From the NCBI RefSeq assembly GCF_963921235.1, contig NC_086107.1:108068001-108132000 (forward strand): 64,000 bases of DNA, read 5' to 3'. The position numbers were made by a program, and so were the translations under genes. This document shows positions 49,537 to 62,100 of this stretch, in pieces. Every line of letters begins with the position of its first letter. Position 1 is the first letter of the stretch. The notes below the pieces were generated by a model, which saw only the letters and a program-made list of their open reading frames with translations, was not told where the DNA came from and did not search any database. The stretch comes from Mobula hypostoma (Eukaryota).

Positions 49537-50165
49537 CATATGGCACATTGGCCTTCATCAATCGTGAGATTGAATTTAAGAGCCGAGAGGTAACATTGCA
49601 GCTATATAGGACCCTGGTCAGACCCCACTTGGAGTACTGTGTTCAGTTCTGGTCACCTCACCACAGGAAGGACGTGGAAACCATAGAAGGGGTGCAGAGG
49701 AGATTTACAAGGATGTTGCCTGGATTGGGGAGCATGCCTTATGAGAATAGGTTGAGTGAACTTGGCCTTTTCTCCATGGAGCGATGGAGGATGAGAGGTG
49801 ACTTGATAGAGGTGTACAAGATAATGAGAGGCATCGATCGTGTGGATAGTCAGAGGCTTTTTCCCAGGGCTGAAATAGTCAGCACGAGAGGGCATAGTTT
49901 TAAGGTGCTTGGAAGTAGGTACAGAGGAGATGTCAGGGGTAAGTTTTTTACGCAGAGAGTGGTGATTGCATGGAATGGGCTGCCGGCGACGGTGGTGGAG
50001 GCGGAAAAGATAGGGTCTTTTAAGAGACTCCTGGATGGCTACATGGAGCTTAAAAAAATAGGGGGCTACGGGTAAAGCCTAGGTAGTTCTAAGGTAGAGA
50101 CATGTTCGGCACAGCTTTGTGGGCCAAAGGGCCTGTATTGTGCTGTATGTTTTCTATGTTTCTAT
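49537..50165 (+). mobile_element. Young CR1 3' fragment with open ORF2 C-terminus (49548-50075)
   Basis: LYRTLVRPHLEYCVQFWSPH...FFTQRVVIAWNGLP; tttctatgtttcta tail. Confidence 0.93.
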
Positions 50166-50214
50166 TAATCACTTTCCCTAAAAATAAACTCTGCTGAAAT
50201 TCTACTTATGGTGG

Positions 50215-50960
50215 AAGTAACTTGGAAAATGTGTAGCTCGGCTGGTTGACGGTTGGGTTGAGCTGCTCCCCAAATGGCAAACCATTTGCAAACGTTTCAT
50301 CACTGTGTGAGGAAACATCACCAGCGTGCTGTTAATTGTGGTGTGTCCTCTGAATGCTTGGCCTGAAATCCTTACCAACCAGTTGATTGTCATTGCGGAA
50401 ACTCATTTGTGACGTAGGGAGGAGATCTGGTCGTGCGGCGAACTCTGTTTGCTGTGGTCTGGAATTTTGCCCGCATTGGCTTATAAATTAGGATCGAGGT
50501 CTACATGTCTGCAGCAGCTGGCTGTAAAGTGGTATGACCAACTCTTCCCTAGTCTCTACCCAGGAAGATCAAGAGGGGCACAAATTCGACTGGGCATCAG
50601 TGAAAGTCACAGTGCAATCAAACAAGGGAGTTCCTAGAAGCATGGGTTTCCGCGAACAATTCTGCAAACGGACATGTGGACCTCAATCCTATTTATGAGC
50701 CAATGCGGGCAAAATTCATGACCACAATGCACAGAGTTTGCCACTCAACCAGTCAGCGGCGAGACCCTCTTCCTATGTCACAATCGAGTTTCTGTAATGA
50801 AGACCAATCAGCTGACTGATAAGTATATAAAGTCCAAGTATTCAGAGCACACACCGCAAATGAACTGCGCACTGATGATCTCGCCCCGTATGGTGACGAA
50901 ACGTTTGCAAATGGATTGCCAAGATCGGAGAACAACTCAAGCCAGCCACCTACTCATGGT
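50215..50960 (+). mobile_element. Second Penelope-like family: fold-back element with GIY-YIG C-terminal remnant and hammerhead motif (about 50867-50909)
   Basis: Arms about 50215-50520 and 50655-50957 are imperfect inverted repeats; GHKFDWASVKV and REFLEAWVSANNSANGHVDLNPIYEPMR; gca CTGATGA tc tcgcc-ccgtat-ggtga c GAAAC GTT tgc. Confidence 0.75.
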
Positions 50961-52065
50961 CCTAGTAACATTTAATTGCATAGACTGTCCATGCTCAAAG
51001 GCCAATCTCATTCTGAGGCAGTGGCTGTGTAACCTAATCCCACCCACTCTTCCTGTAAAAAAATTCTTAAAAAGAGCATCGAAACAGGACCTTGGTGTAA
51101 TTTAGGAACGTTTGCAATATTGTTCGTACTTTAATGGTGACCATATGGATGGATGTCTGAGAAATGAATGATTTTTTATTTAAGAAGTGAATGTATTTTC
51201 CATCATTGATTAAGCTAACAGGTGATAACATCCATTGGCATTTCTCTCCATAGATGCTGGTTGACCTGCTGAATTCTTGAGCGCTTTTTTGTGTTGCTCC
51301 TAAAAAAGAGCATGTTATCTGCACTTCAGTCAAAGAGTTGCAAACTCATTGGTTTGAGTTGTCTTCAAGAGATTTTCAGAGAAGGTTAGTAAAGGAGTTG
51401 GGAGGAGGAGGAGGCATGGATTCCACAATGTGCAGATTCACTTTCAAAGACTTAACAATTCATGTTCGCAATATAATTTTTTTATTATTTGTTTTTTTTA
51501 GTATTTGCACAGTTTATCTTCTTTTGCACATTGGTTCAAAGGTTCAAAATGCATTGATTATCAAACTACAGAGTATTGATTATCAAAGTATACAATATTA
51601 TCAGAGTATACAACTCTGAGATTCATCTTCTCCAGACAGCCTTGAAACAAAGAAAATCACGGAAGTTGTTCAAAGAAAAGCAACAAACCCCCACCCCCCG
51701 ACAAGGTGCAAAGAGAAACAAATCATGCAAACGGCAAAAAGAACATCAAACCCCAAACTCCAAACCTCCTGTGCAAAAAAAAAACAAATTGTGCAAATGG
51801 TTGTTTTTCAATCTTTGTACTGCATTTCTTAAATTCTATTGTACTTCTTTATTCTCCTGTAATTACCTGCAAAAACACAAATCTCAAGGCATTGTAAGCC
51901 AACATATATTTTGAACATCGACCTTTGGATAACTGGACCAGTGCAATGAGTAAGGTCGTATACCTCTCAGGACCAATATGTAATGGCAGAGCTGTAATAA
52001 ACTCCCAGAAGTGATTTTCTGTGAGACAGCAGCACCAAAGACTCAACAAAAGGGTTCAGCCTTAC

Positions 52066-52217
52066 CTTGGGCTGGTTGTAATGTTCCAGCGACATGGTCA
52101 CCACGTTGATGCAGATGGTGAAAGTAATGAAGAGATCCAGGTAATGGCTGGTGCACAAGGTGTGGATGAAGAGTCGGACCGGAGAGTAGGCAGCGTAGTA
52201 GGGCAGCCGCTGGGCTT
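52066..52217 (-). CDS. CACNA1I: Cav3.3 exon: III-IV linker and IV S1 ([51 protein letters not shown])
   Basis: 152 nt; acceptor ctgtaacag, donor AAG|gtaagg; phase 1 to 0. Confidence 0.96.
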
Positions 52218-52389
52218 CTGTTACAGTGAGGGTTAGTGTGGGGCAGAAAGAATAAACAGAAGTTAGTTAGTACTCCAGTGCCTCTGCCTTGCTTTCTCAA
52301 GATGCCACACCTCCTTCTCATTCCGTGCAGACCCAACAACCCCAGTTAGCTTGGCTTCGCACGTAAGGGGATAAGGGATCGCATGCAGA

Positions 52390-52745
52390 AACTAGAGCAT
52401 TTGATGGCTTTGGGCCTGTATTCGCTGGAGTTTAGATAAATGAGAGGGGATCTATTGAATATTGAAAGGCTTAGATAGAGTGGACGTGAGGACGTTTCCT
52501 ATGGTGGGGGAGTCCACCACACAAGGACAGAGACTCAGAGTAGAGGGATGTCCCTTTAGAGCAGAGATGAGGAGGAATTTTTTTTTCAGCCAGAGGTTGG
52601 TGAATCTGTGGAATTCGCTGCCACACAAAGCTGTGGAGGCCAAGTCATTGAGTGTATTTAAAGCAGAGTTTGATAGGTTCTTGATTAGTAAAGGCATCAA
52701 AGGTCACAGGGAGAAAGCAGGAAAATGGGGTTGAGAGGGATAATA
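52390..52745 (+). mobile_element. CR1 3' fragment
   Basis: ORF 52462..52734 FFSQRLVNLWNSLP. Confidence 0.85.
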
Positions 52746-53811
52746 ATTCATCTATCGTGGGACCTATTGTCCAATCTTCCAATCTTCCAATATTGTCTAC
52801 CGCCTTTTTACTTCACACCCCCAGGAGGAAGAGGGAGAATGAGAGAAGGGAGGAAGGGAAGGAGATTGGAGGAGATGAAATGGGAAAGGAGGGGACAAGA
52901 TGGAGGGAAAAGCAACAGCATAGAAGGAAGGAAGAGGAAGGAGAGAGGAGGGATAGCTGAGTCCAGGGATGGAGCGAGAAAAGAAAGATCAAATGAGGGA
53001 TAGAGGGTGAGCATGGAAGCAAGGAAGGAAATGGAACAGGAGGAAAGAAACATGGTAGCGATGTAAACAAAGGGAAGATATGGAGTGTTAGTATGATGTA
53101 AGAGCTGAGGGAGAAATGGAAAGAGAAAAGGAGACAGGGAGGTGGTAATGTGGGAGCGAGGAATCTTTCGGAGGGTAGGCCTCAAAATCCCCAGCCTTGC
53201 CTGCTTTTGGCGACCGAGAAGGAAGTCGAATCGTTCGGACAGAGATGGCGCTCAGTACTCGGTGTCGGAGAGCTGATTCGGAGGCTCGAAGTTTTCGGAT
53301 GACTCAGAGTCGGATTGTGGTCCGGCATGGCAGGGAGAGTTTTTCTTCCTTCTCCCGTCTGCGTGAGATGTGGGATATTTGAGAAACTTTGAATTTTTCT
53401 GTGCTCACGGACTTCTTCATCAAGTTATGGTATTGTTGCACTGTTGTAACTATATGTTATAATTATGTGGTTTTGTTAGTTTTTTCAGTCTTGGTCTGTC
53501 CTGTGTTTTGTGATATCACACCGGAGGAAATAATGCATGCATTACTAAATGACAATAAGAGAGGACTACGTGTCTTCATGATCATAGGAAGGGAATAGTT
53601 GCAGGCTTTGGTGCAATGAAAGGGGTGAAGGAAGAAGGGGCTGATCAGATAGGAATTAGGAAAGGAGATCAGAAGTAAAGAGGGAAGGAACAGAGATTTA
53701 TCATTCCTGTGAACAAACTTGAAGAGAGAAATTCTAGGATCATCATTAACAAGGATTATAGGAGTGAATTAATCATTTTTGCCACTGGGCATAAAAATAT
53801 TTGAAATGTGG

Positions 53812-54365
53812 AGTAACACACACAAAATGCTGGAGGAACTCAGTGGGCCAGGCAGCATCTATGGAAAAGTGTGAACAGTTGACGTTTTGGGAGTGGAAAG
53901 AAAGAGAAGTTAGAGTAAGAAGGTTGGCTGAGGAGAATACGAAGTACAGGGTGGGATGTGATAGGTGAAACAGAGAGGGGTGAATTAAAGAGCTGTGAAG
54001 TTGACTGGTGAAAGAGATAAAGGGCTGAAGAAAGAGGAATCTGATTGGAGAGGGCAGAAGACCGTGGAGGAAACAGAGGTGGTGGGCAGGTAAGAAGAGA
54101 AGGTGTGAGAGGGAAACAGGAATGGGGATTGGTGAAGGGGTGGGGCATTACTGGAAGTTCAAGAAATCAATATTCATGCCATCAGGTTGGAGGCTACTCA
54201 GATGGAATATAATTTGTTACTCTCCAACCCGCCTGTGGCCTCATTGCGGCAGTAGAGGAGGCCGTGGACTGGCATGTCGGAATGGGAATGGGGAGTAGAA
54301 TTGAAATGTGTGGCCACTGGCAGATCCCACTTTTTGTGTCGGATGGAGCGAAGGTGCTCAGTGAA
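53812..54365 (-). mobile_element. Older Penelope-like 3' fragment
   Basis: Similar to 7510-8100 and 23241-23830 (DLPVATHFNS motif). Confidence 0.82.
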
Positions 54366-54398
54366 GTGGACTTTATGGGAGTCTCCAGAATGGAAGTG

Positions 54399-54683
54399 TG
54401 ACGCGTGGCCAAGTGGTTAGGGCGTTGGGCTCACGATCTGAAGGTCGTGGGTTCGAGTCTCGGCCGGGGCAGCGTGTGTGTCCTTGAGCAAGGCACTTAA
54501 CCACACAATGCTCCAGTCTACCCAGCCGAGAATGGGTACCGGCAAAAATACTGGGGGTTAACCTCGCGATAGACTGGTGTCCTATTCGGGGGAGAGTCTC
54601 AGTCGCTTCACGCCACGGAAACCGGCATAAGCACCGGCCTGTTGGGCCACAAGGCTCGTGACAGACTTTAATTTTAATCTTAA
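54399..54683 (+). mobile_element. Full-length tRNA-derived SINE (MetaSINE-like core) with 15-bp TSD
   Basis: A/B boxes tggccaagtgg / ggttcgagtct; TSD tccagaatgga(a/g)gtg at 54384-54398 and 54684-54698; (ttaat)n-like tail. Confidence 0.82.
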
Positions 54684-54797
54684 TCCAGAATGGAGGTGCA
54701 TGTTTTATGGGATCTTTGGGGGGGGTGAAAGCTGGACTAATTGATGAGGAAGACCGAAGGGGCTAACACATCAAAGACAGGCGAAACGCCTCCTTAC

Positions 54798-54990
54798 TCC
54801 TGCGCTTTTTCTCCAGCCTCCGCAGGCGTTTCTCCTCCCGCCTCCTCGCCTCCTCGGCCTCCTGGTGCTGGCGGCACTTGTGGAAGTTCTCCACCACCAC
54901 GCCAACGAACATGTTGAGCACGAAGAAGCTGACGATCAGCAGGAAGGAGATGAAGTAGAGCAGCATCCAGGGGTTGTGGTTGATGATGGG
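54798..54990 (-). CDS. CACNA1I: Cav3.3 exon: domain III S6 and start of III-IV linker ([64 protein letters not shown])
   Basis: 193 nt; acceptor tcccctcgcag, donor A|gtaagg; phase 0 to 1. Confidence 0.96.
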
Positions 54991-55902
54991 CTGCGAGGGG
55001 AGGATCACAGCGGTCAGTCCCCGGCGCGAAGGCGCGTCAGCGGCACCCGGTTCGCTCTGGCTAGTGCTACAACCCTCAGGTACTCAGTTCAGTTACACCC
55101 TTGAGCCCTCTAGGCTGGGCTGTGCGTGATCCCACCTTCATGGAAAGTGGGCCACTCTGCTCCCTCCCCCCCATCTTCCTCCATATCTTCCATCACCAGC
55201 TCCTTCTGTTCGTTCCCCCACCCCTTGCGCCAGTTCTGCCCTATCGTTCACAGCCACACGGGAGCAACTACGGATGGGAAATCAATATTGACCTTGCCAC
55301 TGATGTGCAGATCCCGAAAGCGAGCAAATAAAAACAAAATCACTTCATGCACATTTGGAATAGTGTACTCAAGTCACCCCTCTGCAAGAAAGGTCCCGTT
55401 AAGCTGGGAAGGGTGCAGAGGAGATTTACAAGGATGCCACTAGGATTTGAGGGACTGAGATGTGGAGAGAGATTGAGCAGGTTGGAAGCTTCTTCACTGG
55501 AGTTGAAGAATGAGGAGTGATCTTACACACTCTGTCCCTCCTCTACCTAATAAAGTGGCCACTGAGTGTTCGTTCATGGTCTTCTGTTGCTGTAGCCCGT
55601 CCACTTCAAGGTTCGATGTATTGTACAATCAGAGAAGCTCTTTTACACACCACTGTTGTAACTCATGGTTATTTGAGCTTCTGTTGGCTTTCTATCAGCT
55701 TGAACCAGTCGGGCCATTCTCCCCTGACTTCTCTCATTAACAAGGCGGTTTTGCCCACAGAACTACAGCTCAGTGGATTTTTTTTGTTGTCTGCTCATTC
55801 TCTGTAAACTCCAGAGACTGTTTTCTCAGGAGATCAGTAGTTTCTGAGATACTCAAACCAGCCTGTCTGGCACCAACAATCATTCCGCAGTCAAAGTCAC
55901 TT

Positions 55903-56824
55903 ACATAGAACATAGAACATAGAATAGTACAGCACATTACAGGCCCTTTGGCCCACAATGTTGTGCTGACCCTCAAACCCTGCCTCCCATAAAACCCCCA
56001 ACCTTAAATTCCTCCATATACCTGTCTAGTAGTCTCCTAAACTTCACTATTGTATCTGCCTCCACCACTGACTCAGGCAGTGCATTCCACGCACCAACCA
56101 CTCTCTGAGTAAAAAACTTTCCTCTAATATCCTCCTTGAACTTCCCACCCCTTACCTTAAAGCCACGTCCTCTTGTATTGAGCAGTGGTGCCCTAGGGAA
56201 GAGGCGCTGGCTGTCCACTCTATCTATTCCTCTTATTATCTTGTACACCTCTATCATGTCTCCTCTCATCCTCCTTCTCTCCAAAGAGTAAAGCCCTAGC
56301 TCCCTTAATCTCTGGTCATAATGCATACTCTCTAAACCAGGCAGCGTCCTGGTAAATCTCCTCTGTACCCTTTCCAATGCTTCCACATCCTTCCTATAGT
56401 GAGGCAACCAGAACTGGACACAGTACTCCAAGTGTGGCCTAACCAGAGTTTTATAGAGCTGCGCCATTACATCGCAACTCTTAAACTCCATCCTTCGATT
56501 TATGAAAGCTAACATCCCATAAGCTTTCTTAACTACCCTATCTACCTGTGAGGCAACTTTCAAGGATCTGTGGACGTGTACCCCCAGATCCCTCTGCTCC
56601 TCCACACTACCAAGTATCCTGCCATTTATTTTGTACTCTGTCTTGGAGTTTGTCCTTCCAAAGTGTACCACCTCACACTTCTCCGGGTTGAACTCCATCT
56701 GCCACTTCTGCATCCTATCAATGTCTCTCTGCAATCTTCGACAATCCTCTACACTATCTACAACACCACCAACCTTTGTGTCATCTGCAAACTTGCCAAC
56801 CCACCCTTCTACCCCCACATCCAG
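55903..56824 (-). mobile_element. Young CR1 3' fragment inserted in a Tc1-type element
   Basis: ORF 55973..56887 is open across the RT C-terminus; nearly identical to 33437-34370; Tc1 sequence resumes on both sides. Confidence 0.95.
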
Positions 56825-57435
56825 GTACGTAACATTTCTTCCCCATTCTGATGATTGGTATGAACAACAACTGAACCTCTTGACCATGTCTGCATGCTTT
56901 TATGCATTGAGTTGATGCCACAAGATTGGCTGATTAGATATTTGCATTAACCAATCGGTGTACAAGTATACCTAATGAAGTGGCCACTGAGTGTAGAGTT
57001 GCATGAAATGAATCATAGACAGGGGTCAAAGTGCATAGGTTTTTTTCAGAGCTGGGGAGTAAATACTAGAGGACATAGGTTGGAGGATAGAAGGGAGAGC
57101 TTAAATAGGAAGCTGAGGGACAACGTTTTCACTCTAAAAGTGGTCTGGATATAGACTCAGCTGCCAGAGGAAGTGGTTGAGGCAGATACATAAACAACGT
57201 TTAAAAGATTCTAGGATTTTAGGAGGGGCATGGGCCAAACATGAGCATATAGGATTACCTTAGATGGGAATCTTCATTGGCATGGACCAGTTGGCTCAGG
57301 TTCTTGTGTTAAGGCTCATCAAAGACTCTAGTTTTCTGTCCGTTAAATCTCTGCTGAGTTCTCCTTTGGATTTTACTAACTGTCTTGTACTGATGCCCCC
57401 TTAAATCTCACTTTCCCTATGAAAACACTATGAGC

Positions 57436-57905
57436 TCACTTCAGAAATGATAAAGCCTCCTGCTAAGTCAACCTTGCACAGTGAACAAAAGATGGTAGCC
57501 TGCTTACTGTTGACAAAGAGATAGAACATGTATGATGTCCGATGCTGTCTGCGTGGAGCTGCCTCCAGGTTGTTTGGTTTCCTCCCACATGCCAAAGACC
57601 ATTATAGACTGATTGTCCACTTAATGTGCAGTGAATGCTGAACCGGGGGTTGGTTAGGAGGGGTGGGAAGGTGAGAAGAATGAAACGGGAGCAGTGTAAG
57701 AGTAGGCACTTGGTATTCTTCAAGGACTCAGCGAACCGAAGGATCTGGGGTCTTCCTCAATGATCTCACCTTAGAAATGATAAAGCCACCTGTTAGGTCA
57801 ACCCGCCCAGTAAACAAAAGATGGTAGCCTGCTCGCTGTTGACAAAGAGATAGAACATGGATGATATCCGATGCTGTACGAAGGGTCTGGGGTCTTCCTC
57901 AATGA
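57436..57905. repeat. Local tandem duplication of a unit of about 140 bp, first copy split by a SINE remnant
   Basis: agaaatgataaagcc...ccgatgctgt and cgaagg.tctggggtcttcctcaatga each occur twice. Confidence 0.85.
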
Positions 57906-58466
57906 ATCTACAATTCTTAGACTCTCATTTTGTAACGAGAGAGCCTGTTAAAAATCTCTTGTGGTACTCTTGCCCCAGAGAGCAGGAGAGCACCTGCCAA
58001 GAGCAAAGAGCGACTGTGCGGTGGGTTTCAAGAGGGGTTTCAGAGAATCCCCAGAGGCAAAAGGCCTCCTGCCTTTCAGTGACTTTCAAAACCTCCCAAG
58101 GGGACTTGCGGCTTTATCTGCTGGAGGAATCGCAGCACTCAATTTCCACAGAGCAAGATTCTACCAACAGCAATGCAATAATGAGGGGAGGAGATGTTTT
58201 TGTGATGCTGGTTATGGGATAAGTATTGATCATGGCACCAGGGAGACCTCCTCCACTCTGTATACACCATTACATACATAAGCAGCTATCTAACAGCCTC
58301 AACTCCCATTAGAAGCACCATATCTGACGGTGCAGCACTCCCACAGAGCTGGATGGGAAATGAGGGTTAGGATATTGGGTTGAAGTTTTTAGTTGGGAGT
58401 TGTAGTCCAAATCTTCTCTTCTTCAAGATGAGGGATAGAAAGATGAAGAGAAATGGGTATGGAGAA

Positions 58467-58497
<31 letters not shown>

Positions 58498-58799
58498 AAG
58501 AGGGAGAGAGGGAGAGGGAGAGGAGAGAGGCAGGGATGGAGAGAGGGAGAGGGAGAAAGGGAAAGGAGGGAGTGAGGGAGAGAAAGAGAGAGATAGAGAT
58601 AGAGAGAGAGGGAGAGAGATGGGGCAGTGGGAGGTAGAGGATATAAAACTACCTACCCACTGAACCACAAGAGTCAATCAGAACCGGAGTGATTAACAGA
58701 GAAGGACAAAGAGCCAAAGATAACAAAGGTTACCATCATCATAATGTGCCATGTCATATGACATCATCATTATGTTCTGTGTCATTTGATGTGGGTGTT

Positions 58800-59122
58800 C
58801 TTGACCATAGTTATTCTTGGCAAATTTTTCGACAGAAGTGGTTTGCCATTATCATTTTCCGTGCAGTGGTCTTTACAAGATGGGTGATCCCAGCCATTAT
58901 CAACACTCTTCAGAGATTGTCTGCCTGGCATCAGTGGTCGCAAAACCAGAACTTATGATATGTACCCGCTGCCCATACGACCATCCACCACCAGCTCCCA
59001 TGGCTTCATGTGACCTTGATCGAGGGGGCATCGACATCTTGCTGAAAGATGACCTCAGGCTAGTGGAGGGAAGTAGCTCCTTACACCTCCTTTGGTAGAG
59101 ATGTATCTCCACCGTGCCACCC
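58800..59122 (-). mobile_element. Probable SINE with RTE-type 3' part
   Basis: Minus strand carries aatggcaaaccacttctg, a motif typical of RTE-derived SINEs; head not identified. Confidence 0.45.
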
Positions 59123-62100
59123 TATAACACGGGTAGAGGGTAGAAAGGAAATGGGCGCAACAAATGTGTAGAAAGAAGCATAATCCATGGAGAAGTATGC
59201 AAAAAAAAAGACAACGAGGCACTACAGGCACTTGGAGAGTGCTAGTCTGAGAATTGATAAAAATTAACTCACAACGGGCTGCGTGGTGTGAGTGTGTGTG
59301 AGGATCACCCCAGCCCTGACTTCAGTCCAATTTGCTCATCTCAGGCATCTTAAACAGAGTTAAACCCTTCAGCCCATTTGCAAGATCTATTTCACAACTT
59401 AATTAGATTTATCACCTCATATGTTATCCATCTGTTACGAGAAGCCATTCTTAATGAGGGGTCTGCAATGTCACTGGAACCTCGGAAACCATCACAAGCA
59501 GCTGGAGATATTATGGATGTGAAAGTACCTCGTTAAGAAGATGGTTAAATATTTTGCTCAAGCTATTTTCTGATTGTAAGCTGAGCTTTTCAATTCAATT
59601 TTAGCAGCTTCTGTTTAATAATTGTAGAGCCTTTAGGTGCCCTGGGGCACTTCAGAGAAATGCTGAGCAACGTTTCAATTCTGACACATGGAAGGATGCA
59701 TGGGGGCACCTGCATAAACAGATATAGGAGATTTTGCATTAAAGATTAAAAATCTTCAAGTTGCGCTTTATTTGTCACATGTACATACTGCACAGTGAAA
59801 TGCCCTTTATTCTCGCTCAGTCCAAGGATTGTTCTGGGGCAGACTGCCATGCCTCCCTGGCCAGCATAGCTACCCCTAACCCTAACCCGTACATCATTGG
59901 AGTGTGGGAGGAAACCGGAGCACCTGGAGGAAATGGGGAGAATGTACACACCTTGCAGACAGTGGCAGGAATTGAACCCGTATTGCTGGTGCCATAAGGA
60001 GTTAGTTACACTAACCGCTACACCACCGTCCCGTTAGCAGAAGTGGACGGCGGGTAGTCTGTGTTCCCAGGAAACCATCCGCATCACCATTTTCCACGAC
60101 CCACGGCCACATCACCTGCACACGTGGTGGGAGATGTGAGTGGGAAGTAAAATAATACTTGACACACAAATCCTGTGAGGGCGAATCTTGTTCCATTTCC
60201 AGGATTTTTGGGGAGTGATCTGTGCATTCTGTAAGGATGAACGTCCGCTACCTGAATGGTAGGGGACACTTGATCTTTGAGGGAATAAAGAAGGGGATTT
60301 CAGAGGTTCGGGCTCAGGTCGGTGCCTCAACCAGTGGTTGAGGAAGGAGACTGAGAATGGATAGAACTTCAATTATTTAGAGATACAACACGGCAACAGG
60401 ATGTCCTGGCCGAGTGAGCCTACACCACCCAATTATACCCATGTGACCAATTGACTACTAGCCTATACACCTTTGGAATGTGGGAGGAAACCCATATGGT
60501 CATGAGGAGAACATACAAACTCCTTACAGCAGTGATGGAATTGAACCCAGCTCACCGGCACTGTAATAGTCTTACGTTGACAATTGTGCTACCATGCCTC
60601 CCAACCAGAGGTGCGGAGAGAACTAGCAAAGCTCTGGAGGAGATGACAGGTAGTGGCAAAGCCTTCGCTGTTGTGGAGTTTATTCATTTGTTTTTCTGGA
60701 TCTGGGTACCTCTAGCAAGGCCAATATTTATTAGAGTCATAGAGCCAGAGAGTCATAGTGTGTTACAGAACATAAAAGGCCATTTGGCCCATCTAGTTCA
60801 TGTCAAACTATTATTCTGTCTAGTCCCACCAACCTGCACCTGATAGTAGCCGTCCATCCCCCTCCCATCCACGTAATTATCCAAATTTCTCTTAGAAGTT
60901 GAAATTGGACCCACGTCCACCACTTCCACTGGCAGCTTGTTCCACACTTTCACCACTCTGAGTGAAGAAGTTCACCCTCATTTTCCCCTTAAACATTCTA
61001 CCTTTCACCCTTAACCTATGACCTTTAGTTCTAGTTTCAATCAACCTCAGTGGAAAGAACCTGCTTGTATTTCTCCTATTTATAACTCTGCATTCTCTAT
61101 CATATCTGCCCTCATTTTCCTACACACCAGGAAGTTAAGTACTAACCTATTCAACCTTTCCTTATAACTCAGATCCTCAAGTCCCAGCAGCCTCCTTGTA
61201 AATTTTCTCTAAGTTCTTGCAATCTTACTGACAGCTTTCCTGTAGATAGCTGACCAGAGCTGCATATATTACTCCAAAGTGGGCCTCACAAACATCTTAC
61301 ACAACTTCAATACAATATCCCATTGGTTGCCAATGTGCTGGTGAGTTGCTGCCCTGAGTTGCTGCTGTAAATCTCCATCCACAGCAGAAATTAAAAAGCA
61401 GAGGAATGGATTTGAGTCACCTTGTCTTTCTGTCATTCTTCTTGTTGTTCCTTGACCATTCCTAACAAGCCTGACAGTTCTCTAACATTTATACTTTTAT
61501 TTGCTACTTGGTGACTTCTCATGCATGTATTTTTTTTCTGATGCCTTTGCTGAGTAATTGAAACATATGGTCTAGAATCTTCTGGGACAGCAATCCCAGG
61601 CACCCAAAATTAATGCTCTGAGGGCTAACTCGATGAGTACACAGATCTCCCAACTACTGATAGATCAGCTATTTGATGTGCTAAGTGATAGTATCAGTCC
61701 AGTTTGCAAGTGTCCTTGAACTAAATAACTTAAGCTAGTATTATCTGGTTTAATGCAGTCTCACTTAACATAACCCCATTGTCTTACACTTCAACTCTTG
61801 GGTAGCCAGCCCTGTGTTGTGGGCCAGCATCCTCTGCTCTATAGACAGTGCCGTTTGTTTGCAATGCTGCCCTTTTAACTTCAGACTGACTATTGTTTGC
61901 AAATTACATTAAGAACTGAAGACTGGTTCTTGTTTATGACAAGAAGCTGAAGAATGAATATTGTTTGGGCATTTACCTTAACAAAAACAACACTTTGACT
62001 CCTGGAAGAGTCAGCTGTTATAGAAAGCTGAGCTTGGCAAAAAATACCCCAAGGCCCTGGGCAGTGAATATCCATCACAAACCTCTTTGTCTTCCTTTTC

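Larger units (their letters stand above)
3492..54990 (-). other. CACNA1I: Partial gene body of T-type calcium channel alpha-1I (Cav3.3); 12 phase-compatible coding exons, continues beyond both ends of the window
   Basis: Spliced frame reads ...EKKRRKAQRLPYY...[12 protein letters not shown]...[18 protein letters not shown]...[14 protein letters not shown]...[11 protein letters not shown]...ENLWLDSVSLII. These motifs match Cav3.3 rather than Cav3.1/3.2 as I recall them. All introns are GT-AG and the exons total 1836 nt. Confidence 0.93.

Noticed and set aside
54399..54470. tRNA gene (also about 46992-47060 and the V-SINE heads)
   Set aside because: Continues into a SINE body with tail and TSD; acceptor stem imperfect
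54763..54797. Read-through SKE... after KKRR, resembling the Cav3.1 SKEKQMA alternative-donor extension
   Set aside because: SKE arises simply from A|GTAAGGAG; there is no GT donor 21 nt downstream and the frame hits a stop
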